Shown here: positions 25,401 to 38,900 of the stretch, in pieces
Layout: each line of letters opens with the position of its first letter
Position numbering within the stretch: the stretch's first letter is position 1
NCBI GenBank assembly: GCA_051362555.1
Contig: CM120641.1
Coordinates: forward strand, 48,800,401 to 48,864,400
Origin: Lingula anatina
Lineage: Eukaryota; Animalia; Brachiopoda
DNA length: 64,000 bases
Direction: 5' to 3'
Made by a program: the position numbers and the translations under genes
The notes under the pieces: model-generated
What the model was told of the DNA's origin: nothing
Databases searched by the model: none
Seen by the model: only the letters and a program-made list of their open reading frames with translations

Positions 25401-28400
25401 ATTGTCTAGGACTAGTAGCTTCGCGTGATTGTATTCATGGTTATTGTGAAAAGAGCATTATTTCATTTAAATATTCATATAGCGATAAAATATCTTGCAT
25501 TTGCGTATAATAGGTAAATTACAGAAAATCACAGAAACTGAAACCTCAAGTTGAAGTCTCTTAAATATCTTAAATATCCGCAGTATTCACCTCCTTCAGT
25601 GGCATTAGTCTTCTGCAACTTAAGAGCGATCTTTGGAGATTCGATCACGATAGGCTCGGGGTTGTCCGGCTCTGTCTTCTCTAGAAGTACGTCCGTGACA
25701 CCGTTGGCAGCGTTCCCAATGTTGGAGGTCACTTCTTGGTCCTGGAAATAAAAAAGATTGATAATATAGGGGACCTCTTCAAAATTGGAGTTCGAATATC
25801 TGGCACAACATCTTATTCGTCACGTTATGAAAAAAAAACAGTGAATTGTGCTACAACTATATTTTTCTATAACTAATATAGCAAGAGAAACTTCTTTTTG
25901 ATTTTTCATTAGCAAAGTGTTACTCTTTCTTTACTAACATGGAGACGCTGTAAGAGCTTAATTTTGAATTTAATATTAGTTTTTTCTAACCTAGAGACGA
26001 TGGAGAGCTGCAGTACTTACGTTATCTTTCTTCATTTGCAGCTCAGCGTTAAACTGTTCTATTCTCTCTGCCAGAAGGATCTTACGGTCATCGATATGTT
26101 CAAACTGCATCATGTAGATAACCTCTTCGTCGTCAAAATATTGGCACAGATCTCGGACGTCAGCGTCCAGTTTTGGGCAGCCATCTTTCGGGGTCATTGC
26201 TTCAATATCCACCTCTTCTTCCTCAAACTCTCCTTTCGGTGGCGGGAGACATTTACAGATGTGCATGCTGCCTATGTCACCGAGCTCGTGCGGCGCGCGC
26301 CTTTTACGCTTGCGCATTCTGGCCTCTTCTTTCATTTTTTCAGTGTCAATATTATCAGGGACAATGTTGCTGAAGACATTGATCATTCCTGTCATTAAAT
26401 AAAGAGATATAGTATCAGTTTTACATAATCTTTTCATAATTTTCATTTGTTATCAATTAGTTACATCATATTTTGTTGCCTTTCACGAATTGAAAAAAGT
26501 ATCTTTGATAAGGCCACACTTTTTTATTTTTATGGATGACATCCTCTGAGGATCCTACGGAAGCCGACTGGTGCCATATGTTGAAAAAAATTTTTTTATC
26601 TCGAAATTTCGAGATAGCATTTTGAAATTTGAACAAAAAAAAAAAATTATCTCGAAATTTCGAGATAGCATTTTGAAATTTGAACAAAAAATTAATGATA
26701 ATAATAATAATAATACCCACAATGCATGAGGGATGTGAAAACGGAACTACACGAGGAAACCACATGCTCTACATTCAAAGGATTCATTTTAGCCTATCTG
26801 TTATACCCGAAAAAGCTTTGTTTGTAGAGTCACATGAATTTGAACAAAGGGGCTCAATTATTTCAGCAAACGGGACGTGAAAGATATAGACCAGGGCTTG
26901 GAATAATTTATGAGGGAAAGAGGGATGACAGGTGAGATTACTATAACACTTAAACCAGTTGTCAAAATAGCTTTGCCGCCTTGTTTTTAAAATTAAGGAC
27001 ATTGTAACCCTTTGTTATCATCCTAATAACGAAAGAGTTTTTTCCTGCATCCAATTATTCAATAATGCATCTGTCTTTGTGCAGATTTGAAACAATGAAA
27101 AAACTCCCGGAAATGTAAAATATCAGTATTTATATTTTTTCCTTTCGATGTATATTCAATAGCATAGGCAACTCAAAGCTTTAATCGTCAATTTAACACC
27201 TTTGTATTTTTTTATTAGCAATCGGTATGAAGAGTAATTTCGTCCCTGAACTAGATTTTATCACGAAATTGTTAGAGCTGACCAGGAGTGTATATATGTA
27301 GGCTACAATCCCGTGGCATCATTTTGGTTTAAATGCTTTTATTATAGAGCTATGAGGCCTTGAGTACAGATTATTAGTAAACAAAGGTGTCATTTTGCTT
27401 TATCAACGATAAAATCTGAACTAAGGCTTTTAAGAAAAATCGCTGGCAGGGTTTTGGAGTACTAAATGGTGTCATTAAATCGCCCTTGAAATGGTGATCT
27501 AAAGAGAACCGATTTTCTAGTTTTTACCCCAAAATCGCAAATATGACGTCACTCGTGAAATTACATGTATAAATGTTAAAAAATTTAGCCACTGAACACT
27601 GAAGATTTATTTATTACCCAAAAGAATGCATGTAAGGCAGTAAATAAGGAGTTTTGGGAGAAGGGTTAAATGTCCTTAATTATCCCTTTTGTATTTTTCT
27701 GTTTAAGGTTTACAGCCCCAACAGTTTGCCAGTACATTGTTGCAACAAGTTATTATCAATATTATTTGAACTCATTATTATTTTAATAATCATTGGTGTA
27801 GGCACCACACTTACCAGTCGAACAAAGTTCAAGCAGTACTTTGTCATGAAAAAATCTTTTTTATTTTTTCGTTACAGATAAACAATGAACGAGCAAGTTA
27901 TTATCACCACGTATTTCCAGCTTGGGCTCAGCTACAAGGAAATTTTGTATGCGCTTGCTCTTAATCACCGTATCGTCTTAAGTCTCAGGACACTGAAGAG
28001 ACGGTTGCGCCAACAATGTCTGTTCCGACGCAAACACTTTACAGACATTTTGGAGGTTGCAGATTTTATTATTGATCAGATCAATGAAAGTGGAAATATG
28101 CATGGATACAGATGGATGCATTTGAAGTGTTTGCAAGCAGGCAAGAATGTCCAGCGAGACACAGTGTATTTAATAATGAAGATCATAGATTCTGATGGTT
28201 TGCAACTTAGGAGAAGAGGCAGGCTCAAAAGAAGAGAATACTTTGCGCGAGGACCAAACTATTTGTGGCACCTAGACTCATATGACAAATTGAAAACTTA
28301 TGGCTTGTGCATCAACGGATGTATTGATGGGTTTTCTCGTCAGGTGATTTGGTTGAACGTATATCGCACAAGCAGCGACCCAAAAGTAATTGCTGGATAT

Positions 28401-29945
28401 TACATAGAAGCAGTGAGCGCCATGGAAGGATGCCCAAATTTAGTCAGAGGAGACATGGGAACCGAGAACGGTCATGTAGCACAGATGCAAGAGTTCTTGT
28501 CGGAGCAGAATAGCTTTATTTATGGGCGGAGCACTCACAACCAGCGGATTGAAGCCTTTTGGTGTATGCTGCGTAAAGAATGCATACAATTTTGGATGGA
28601 TGTTCTGAAAGCATTGAAGGATGTTGGGGATTTTGCAGGAGACCCGCTAGACACAAGCCTCGTCCAATTCTGCTTCATGACTTTGGTCCAGGTATTAAAG
28701 CATTTTATAGTTCTATCTGTTTCGGCTGCTGAAATGAGACTAATTGATTGTCGGTAATGCATAATTAACTTTAGCACTTCTTATATTTACTGGGTCTTTC
28801 TAAGAGTCGAGAATCCATTTCTTTTTTGTTTTAATCTCACATAATGGCGTTAAATAGTTTTAATGTTTTAAATAGTTTTAGATGTTAAAACATCTCCAAA
28901 TACAATACTGCATATAATCATCAGGGTGTAGTTGAATGGTGACTGCAATATTAAGTAATGTCAGTTTTGAGTTGTGGTAAATTGTATGCTAATTAACAAA
29001 ATAGCCTGAAATTCTTTTTCTTTATATTTATAATAGACTGATCTGGATAGGGTCACGTCTGTATGGAACTGTCACCGCATACGACGCACAAAGAATCAGA
29101 ACGTTCCCAATGGAAGACCAGTCGTTCTGTTCTCTATGCCAGAATTGTATGGCCGACGAGACTACCTGCGACCAGTCAACCAAGGACATATCGAAGCATG
29201 TTTCACCGAATGCAGCTTCAGGGATGGCCTTCCCTGTGATGAAGAATTATTTGAACTCTTCAATATTTACATGGCTGAACTTTTTTTGGACTTTCCTTCC
29301 AATGTACAGGAGGCACAGCAGGTTTACCATGCATTGCGATTAGCTATTCGACAGGATCTATAGTGTGTCGCGTTGGTACATATCAGCTGTGTCGCAGTAA
29401 CAATGATTGTTCAGGGAAGTCTTGATGATCAATGCATATCAAGTCATGTTACTTATAAGCTTTATTCATGATAACAAATAATGAGTACAGTGTAAAAACA
29501 GAACAGCCTTAAAATCTGCAGGTCATGCAGTACAACAAGACACAGAACATCAATATTTTTTGCTGAGATAAACTTAATAGTATGCCGGTTATTATTAGTA
29601 TTACTATTATTATGAAAAGTCACTATCATGACTTAAATCAGTTTTCAATAAGCATAACAAAAACATACTGCATGGACTACCTTTTGACATAATATTAAAG
29701 TCAACTTACCTTAGAACTTCAACACAAACATATAGAACTGACTTTTGCTGATGTAATTTTTAGAAAGAACATGTATAATCAAGAGTGAACATTCCATTGA
29801 AAATCCTTTCATTGTCTGGCGCAGTCCTACTTCTATCATCAGGATTTGAAATAAACATTTTAGATAATTATGAATTACAGTCATGTATTTATTTTTTCTG
29901 CAATTTGTTTGGGAATAACTTATGTAAAGGTAATCTGACAATGCT

Positions 29946-29979
<34 letters not shown>

Positions 29980-32900
29980 AGAGTAACATTCTTCATCATG
30001 TTTAAATATAAAGTGCTAGTGCATGTATATTGAAAAATAGTTGGGTGATACAGTAAAATTGATAGTTCTCTCAGTATTTGCACTATGACACATACCTGGC
30101 ATGAAACTTTAACCCACAGTTTGATCCTTGGATTGATATCCAATATATTATTCAACTTTTACTCTATAATTGACCCCAAAACAAAAATAAAAGTGACAAA
30201 AAAAAATCATTTTATTAGTCTAACTTTTATTAACAAAAAGAAAAACACCCGGTCTACCATCAGGTGTAGAGCACAAAGATTGCTATTATAATGAAAACAT
30301 CCATAATGTTTTAAAAACAATGCACACTTCTTTTGTGATTCAGAAATTAAACTTTTGAATTTATCATTATTGTATGATCACAAGGGAAAAGGATTATTAT
30401 GGTAAATTACACATATATATTAAGATAAAAATCAATATCAAAATATGTTTGTCAGACATTAACCAGGTGTCTAAAAGCAATATTAGAATATCTCTATTGG
30501 ATATCAGCCAAGTGTCTGAAATATTGGTTAACCAAAAGAGCTCTACCATAACATGTAATATAAGTGTAAAATGAAAAGCAGAAAATTTGGCTAAATCAAA
30601 CTAGAAATTAAAAACGCAAGCATTATATGTATCAGACTGACCAGGATATGGATATTCCATTCCATCAACAAGATACATGAACAGTGAGGTTCAGAGCACA
30701 AAGGTTATAATATAATATTATGACAACGCCCATAACATGTTTTAACAACATGGAACAAAGGGTACTTCTTTGGTGTGTCAACAAAAATAGACAAATCACT
30801 TGCAACTTGCATAAACTTACAAAGCACTTTTAAAACCAACAGTTCATTATGTTTTGTAGCATGATCACACTTTTATCATCAATGTTTGATCACAAGAGAA
30901 AATTATTAATGAAAATTACACATATGAACATAAAAACCAGTATAAAAAATGTTTGTCAGACATAAACCAAGTGTCTTAAATCCTCGCTGACTAAAAGAAG
31001 GATCCCATTACATGCAGTACAAGTGTAAAATGAAACAGGCTTAATGCACTTTCAAAAACAAGGAAAAACTGCAGCTCTGTTCAACATCATATTTAGAGAA
31101 AGCTTCACGTCCCATTTACCTTAATGACCATGAAATGTCAACTTCCCTTTTCAAGAAAAGTCAGAAACAACCAGGCACAATCCAGATATTAATACTGCTT
31201 CACTTTTGGACAGTCTACATGTATATTGAGGCATTAGTTTCTTCTTTAGTTTGTAGCTTACACAATGTCCATAACCCATATGTTTTGGTTTAGAATGTTA
31301 TCAAATTCGTACCTAAAGTCCATGTAACTTTCGTACAGCCTTGGAAGTTGGAGGACACACCCACATGTGTGTGCTACTGGGCGCCTCTGAAAACCAGTGA
31401 GAGATGAAAATTCCACAGAAATCTGCGGCACTGTTAACAGATCTGATCCTGTACAATATCTTAGGAATTGTCCTAATTTGTCACCATCTGCGTCTTTGAC
31501 ATATCTTTTAATGTGTTTTGCAACTTCTGACTCCATTGCATCCATAAACTCAGGAAATTTGAAAGACTTGATCACTCTTCGCGAAGTGGGATAAACATTG
31601 CTGTAAATTTCCTCAATTTTGTTGGGGTTAATCTTTGCATCCAAGAGACATTCCCTCATGCAATTACCAACAAATGTTGGTTTTTGGATCAATTGCGTGT
31701 GTGCAATTTCAAGGATTACAGATCTGATGTTGTCTTCTTTTGGTTTTGCTCTACATTCATATGTCTCTAGACAGTCCAATAATTCATCCTCATCAACTTG
31801 TGTGTAGTTTTCATAGGCCTGGTGAAGAACCTTCATGTCTTGTTTTGGTACAAACTTCCAAAAGTCTTCAAGCAAGCATGATTTGACTTCTTCCTCATCA
31901 CTACAGATGACTGAAAAGAGAAATGCTTTTGAAAGCTTGATAGGCCAGTACCCAGTGTACTTAAACCCATACAGAAGGACTCTGCCAATTGCCTGCCATT
32001 CAGTTTCACCTAGGTCATGGCGTAGAGCAGGAACCTTAACTTCACAGCCAACCGTGCACATTTGGTAGAAAGTTTGCCAAAATTCAGTCAGCACGTCGCG
32101 GAGAACTCCCCCAGTATCTTCTGCTATTTCCCTCTCACCATTACTTAGAATCCTGGTGATTGTTATGAGTTTATCTGATATTTCAGGATCTTTAAAGTAA
32201 GACATAACTTCAAAGAAGGAAGATGTCCCCATGTGAACTATCATTTCAACAGAATATGGACTTTTTTCAGTTGTTGCATTATTCAATGCGGCCATAGACA
32301 CAACAGAAGGCCCTTCATTCTGTGGCATGGTGTCATCGTCTACCACCACAGCAGTAGCATTTTCTGCTTCTGTGAGTATTGGCATTTCACTGTGTACTGG
32401 TATATCAAAGGAGATTTCACCATCAGTATAATGACCTTCAAAGCATATTGGCGAATCAAGGAAATCTTGTGAATCCTGAATATCACTCTTTTGGGCAGGT
32501 GACATTTCTATAGGCATTGTTGATGGATTTTCTGTTTCTGCAGGTGTCACCACTTCCTTGTCCATCTGCAATAGAAAAGGAATGTTATTAATAGAGGGAA
32601 ATGGCATGTACACTGACACTCACAAAAACATTTACTTGTATCTTTAAAAGGCTGTTCACAGCTAAGCCACTTAGTAATGCATTACTTTTGCCATAATTGC
32701 AAAATGTGGAATGGCTATGTATTTTTAAGATAAAGTGTTACTATCTCAGCCTGTTATATAAATAAATTTGCCTTTGCACCATTTGAAGGTGTCCACACTG
32801 TGGCACAGACCACATCATTTTATACATGGCTACAGTAATTAGTTTTCACAGTCATAGTTGTTTACACAGGCTTCATACCAAAAGTAGGTCACTGCTGCCT

Positions 32901-35900
32901 GTGGCGTGTGGAGTGCTTTTAAAAATTTATTTAAGGGCCATTCCGTGGTATTTGGTCTGCAGACCTTAAAATTTCAAAAAAGACTGCTACTTACAAAACT
33001 TACAATTTCTGAAATCAGACATCCCAAGACACCAGAATCCAAAATAATTTTTAGGTTTTGATGATTAATTATGACTTTATTGACACTTTTATCTGGAAAA
33101 ATTATAAAATAGTGTTTGGGAAGGACATTTTTATTTTTGATATGGTTTTCAAAATATTGATCATTTTTAATAATAAAGGCTTAAGACATTTAATATAGGT
33201 TATTTCCCATATTTGGCCAAGAGCATTTGATGAAAATTTATTTAATTAGGAAATAATGGATTAATTAATATCAAGTTGTCCTTCCCAGATGATTTTGGTA
33301 CCTACCGGTATTTTTTAAGCTTTCTCAGTAATACAAAAGCTAAAAATTTTTCACTTCACATTCTCCTCAAACATGACATGGGTCAACAACCCATGAAAGA
33401 AATTTTAATAAGAAACATTTCAATGAGAAATTAAATGAAAATTAATAATCATTTCAGAATAACACCCAGCATTTTGTTAGGGCATGAGGCATTTTGATAG
33501 GACAATAAGAGGTCATGTGACCAATGACACCCAAACCCTTATGTCTTTCAAGATAATCTACATGTAGAACTTTAAATTATCTACCAAATATTTTTTAACT
33601 TTGAAACATTTCATTTGAATGAATAATTTTGAAATTATTATAATCTAGACAATATATAAAATTTTAATCAATGAATTTGGTTAGACTTACTATAAAATGT
33701 CCCAATACTATTCAATTATAATCATAGAAGATGAGACCTTTTATCATAGCCAAAAATAGTAAAATGTTTGGTGATGAAATATATGATCAAAGAAGACTCT
33801 GCTTACTTTTGATGTCATTCATCAAACTTATCTTGGCACAGTAAATATATCATTAAATATATCTATTTAGCCTTGTTTCACATTTTTTTAGCAATGGACA
33901 AAATGTCCTTCCCAAATGTGTCCTTCCCAGATGCCTACTTGATTTTTATATAGATCTGCAAAATTTTCAAATTAAAAAAAATTTTGGAAATACACTTTAC
34001 ACATATTTAGAAAGAGAAATAATCAAATATTTATATTTTGCTTTAATTTTTAGAATATCTCCACAGACAGAGCAGAGTTTTGGTGTTAAAGTTGAAAGTT
34101 AAAATTCCATGTCCATTTCACGTCCTTCTCAGATGCTTACTAATTTTTACTATTTTTCCTAAATTATTATTTTTTTAATCCTAATTTTTTTTTTGCCTAA
34201 ACATCACTCACATACAGAGGAATAAACACACCAAAAATTTGGAGAACAACATTTGTATCAGTAAAATAAATTAATGCATAAAAGGTTGTTTATAATGTGA
34301 GATATAGAGGGTGGAGTGAGAGTATATTGTGGAGAGCACTAAAACATCAATGGATATAAAATAAAAAAAGTCAGTGAGGTGTTTTTTGATCAGATTTTTT
34401 TGCACCAGGCAAGTAATGCCAGTACCTATGTTGAGCCCTGAATTATAAAATTGGATAGGAGCCTTGGATGGCTGGTTGTGTCATTGCGTAAAAATGTATG
34501 GGAATAGGTCCGTCAATGGTTGACATGTTTGTATTAACACTGAGATGGTTATTCTAGAATAATTTGGTGGACAATCAGTATAATAAAACAAAAAGTTCAG
34601 AGTGCCTTTTATCTCTTGCTCAGATATCAATGTCAGAGGTAAACAAGGGTCCCATCTGTGAAGCTCCCCATTTCCCTGACACATGAATGCAACTTTTTAT
34701 TCTGTGACCTTCGTGGAATGCGATAATTATACCCGGTGATTCGAAATTTTTAGTTTTTTTTATTCACTGTGATTTGTGAATTTTACTTCCCGTGAACTGT
34801 GATCACTACCCCCAATGGGAGTACTACACGTAGTGCCAGTACAATGTATGCACTCCATTCTGAGGAAAGAACACGTACTACTGGTATATTTTTACAATAT
34901 ACTATAGGTTTCTAACGATATAGGATATAACGATATAGGATTCTAACTACTGCAGTAGTGTTTCCTTTAAATCCAAAAAAATTCTGCTGCTAAACGTGTC
35001 TAAACATACCTTTTCTTCCAATAGCTTAATTTGGGTGTCGCTAATCCCTCTTCCCCTCATGAAGTCTTCCAAATCCTGGTCCATATCGTTACTTCCCGTT
35101 GGCAGAAATAATTGAGTCCCTTTGGTCAAATTTATGTGACTCTACAAAAAAACAGCTTTTTCGGGCATAACAGATAGGCTAAGATGAATGAATGTAAAGC
35201 ATGTGGCTTTCTCGTGTAGTTCCGGTTTCACATCCCTCATGCATTGTGGGTATTTTATCTATTATTATTTTTTTTTATTCAAATTTCAAAATGCTACCTC
35301 GAAATTTCGAGATGAAATTTTTTTTGTTCAAATTTCAAAATGCTATCTCGAAATTTCGAGATAAATTTTTTTTTTGTTCAAATTTCAAAATGCTATCTCG
35401 AAATTTCGAGATAAAAAATTTTTTTGTTCAAATTTCAAAATGCTATCTCGAAATTTCGAGATAAATTTTTTTTTTGTTCAAATTTCAAAATGCTATCTCG
35501 AAATTTCGAGATAAAAAAATTTTTTTCAACATATGGCACCAGTCGGCTTCCGTAGGATCCCAAAATCGGTGCGAGCGGGCGAAAAAAAAACAGTCCCAAA
35601 AAAAAAACTGCTTAAGAAAAGTTATGTTTTCAGTACACAGCTGGAAACACTAATTTACCACAGAAACATGTATCAAACTAACAACATGCCTTTATCCATG
35701 CTCTCAAAATATTAAAGCATTGTGAATAGGGCCTACTTCGTAGAAAGGTAAAAAGTTATGAATATATATGCTGCATATTACCAAATCTATTTAAGGTTAT
35801 TTCATGCATTCTGTTGGTATAGCAATCAATAAAACAAATATCAAATAAACAGTGTGTCTTTATTTGTACTCTCAGAAAATTAAAGCATTGTGAACACTAC

Positions 35901-38900
35901 ACAGACTTGTTAAAAAAATGAAGCAAAGATAGGCCTATGCTTCCTACTTCCAAATCTAAAAAAGGTAATTTCGGTCGATGCCATTTTGTCTACTTCGACT
36001 CACACTTAGCAGCCAACTATCGGGTGGCCTGTCCGACCTTCAGTCCACCAAATACCACGAAGCTCTTGTCGACCCTTTTTTCGCTACAAAAAAACCTGGT
36101 ATGTGCTGCTTTGGACAGAATGTCACTGAAATTTTCCGGGCGATGATCGCTGGCCGCGGCCAGCCTTTCGTATAATTGTAAAAAGATGATATCTCCATGT
36201 CCAATATCAATGGCAAACCAATCCAAAACGACGGCCCCCGTTCTCTTTATGACTTTAATTTACGTGTATTTTGAAATTAATGCTAGAGAAGAATTTGACG
36301 GCAAAGCGGCCATATTTCCACGTGGTGATAATACGCATGCGCAGAAAGCTCATTTTCCGCTTCGGAACTACTCGGATGTCTCCGCAGGCGACAATGACAG
36401 TATGGAGCTTGCGGAATTAGCCGAGGATTGCCGATTGCATTTTCCGGCAAATTCAACAGTAATTCAACAGTAACTAATAAGATTATAAATAAAAGCTTTA
36501 CATTCACAATCCACATAGAGCTGCCAACAATATGACATGGTGTTACCAACCTGCGCCAACTTCTTCCACTTTAGTGATGGGTTCAGACAGAGTCAGTTCT
36601 CTGGTTTTGCCGGCCATCTTGCTCACAGCTGATGATGCCTTTTTCTACAATATTTAAAAAGATTATCATACTAGCCGTTAAACCTTAATAGTTTTGAAGA
36701 TTGGGCCCTATGTTTGCTAGAATTTTTTGTGATAAAAAAAAGCCATTTGGGTCGAAGGAATTGATAAACCTCACAAAAATACCCAAAAATTGATATGTTT
36801 GTAATGCAGATGAATAAACACTAGTTTTGTCACAAATGTTCAACGATTACAATACCCTCCAGAACACATAATGTAGCTACCTTATTGTCATCCTTGCCGC
36901 CGCCACTGTTGCCTGTAAGGGCCCCCAGAGCGTTCGTGGCTCCTATAATTTGACCGGTGTCTTGGAGTTTCTCCGCAACCTCGTCCACAACGCCGATTAA
37001 GTCTCCAACGACGCCGTCATCAGAATTCTGAAATAACGGCCCGTATAAGATGAAATTTATCGCATCAACAGTAGATAAGTATCATAAATTATTTGTTCAT
37101 TTACATAATGCAAACTGTTTTAAATTATATGAATTTATCTATAATCTATTATCTTAAACTTGATGTTGTTTGGATATATAGTAAGTAAGGTAACCGAAAA
37201 CTGAAAAGGTATTATCTATGGCATCAAATCTGGCCAACCTCTAAATCGGTCACTTACATTGCCCATACTCTTTGTGGCAGTTCCCAAAACCATGACAACA
37301 GCGCCCGTGTCTCCGCTAGCCAGCAGCTCTTGTAGGCGGTTTAACATTCCCTCCAAAGTGAAATTGGAGTTCCACACCTGGAACCGTTGACTCATGTTAG
37401 AAACACGATCGTCCTTGGACACAAACAGGTGCATCACATAACTGGAATTAAGACCGAGATTAGAGGCGGCAAAGCGAACTTTCTTTCCTCTGAAATCCAC
37501 ATATTTTGTTTCGGGATCTTTGAAACATTCGCTCTCGCCATCATCATCTGTGGGGAACGCGTGGATGTGAACGTTCGAGCTGTTGGTCACGTGTCGACTA
37601 GTGTTCCTAAGACCCTCGAGGTCGTATTTATCAAACTCCTCTTTCACGTCCATGGGGTAGCAAAACAGATCCAAGATGAACGCGGGATCCTCTGTAGCTT
37701 CCTCATCAGGGTCGTGGCTCGCACTCATATCGATGGTCAAGGAGTCGTAGTAGACAACGCCACGGATGGGTTCACCTGCTATGTCAGCAACAAGTGGTGT
37801 CTTTGTGATCTCCAGGTAGAGGTCTTCTTTAGAGTAGGTGACATGGTGCTGCAGGGGAGACACTGTGGCCACCAGTCGATACATACCCCAGGGAAGGGTG
37901 AGGGGCTCCATTCTAAACCGCGTCCTCTTGTCAAGTAAGGTACATATTTCGTGAGTTGGTCTTTCCAGAATTGGATCCATCTCTTGGTGTATTCTAAACA
38001 CCTTCCAGGAATATGTAGCTTTCTTAATGCCTTCACAATCTATGCTCGCCGCTACGTCGACGATTACCTTCTCGGAGCGCATGCGTTGGTATGGAGATTC
38101 TAAGCTGGTTGACAGCCCTCTAAACTTGATCCTAGGTCTGGCACATTGCCGCAGATCCAATACTTCCGATCTCGAAACTATGTCTTGACACAGAATGTTC
38201 TGAACGTATCCAAACTTGTTGCTCGCTGTGACCTTCACCAGGAAGTTGCCCTCCTTCATATATTTGTGGTAAACGTGCACGGTTCGGCCATCTTCAGACC
38301 TAGAGTAGTCCTGTGGTGAAGCGATCTGGCCGTCCTCTGGCACTCTGAACCCGTCATAATACAAGTTAGGCTGTGTAGACAAGGCGCCCTCTGTCGTTGG
38401 AAGGGCTTTGTTTGGTCTGGTTGGCACTAACACATCCCCACTGCCTTCCATGTCGCCGCTTCCTACCTCCACGGCTGCCAGAGACTCCAGAGCGATCATC
38501 CTGTGGTTAAAGGGGGCCTGTTGCCATGTACCGTTCTTTGATTCACTCCAGTCGGTTGAGTTGACGGCCCTTCTTTTGCGAGTGGCAAGCAGGTCGTCTT
38601 CTACTAAGGTAACGTTGTCAAGTGGAGTCTTGGACAGCTCAATAGCGTTAAGTGTATCGTTGCTGGTTATAAAAGAATCTGTGGCAAGACTGGGAGCCTG
38701 AGAGGTCGTGGTGTAATACGTCTCTGGTGTTGTAGTGGCGATGTCGTGTGGTAACACAACCATTATATTCCCGTCACCGAAATCTACGGTATAGGTGACA
38801 GCAGACCCCGTTGGACAGTAGATCTGGACGTCAGCAGTGTCTTCACGCACCCGCACGCGCTCCGTCCTGGTCGTGAGGTCCACCCATGTCAAGTTGTCAC

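Larger units (their letters stand above)
26556..35554. mobile_element. IS3EU-type DNA transposon (8999 bp) with a DDE transposase and a HECT E3 ligase, in polycystin intron 5
   Basis: Ends TACGGAAGCCGACTGGTGCCATATGTTGAAAAAAA and its exact reverse complement. GGATCC on both sides (26550-26555, 35555-35560). TAY..RTA termini with a 6-bp TSD match the IS3EU description as I recall it. IS3/integrase-like transposase. Confidence 0.88.

Noticed and set aside
26550-26555. GGATCC as part of the TIR rather than a TSD
   Set aside because: It is palindromic, so formally ambiguous. Excluding it gives TAC..GTA ends with a 6-bp TSD, and no other flanking duplication exists outside it.
29711-30155. Poly-Lys and poly-Phe ORFs
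   Set aside because: Artefacts of the poly-T run at 29947-29978.
26590-35530. Regular palindromic repeats at the transposon ends that superficially resemble a CRISPR array
   Set aside because: No unique spacers, eukaryotic context, no cas genes. They are subterminal TIR units.
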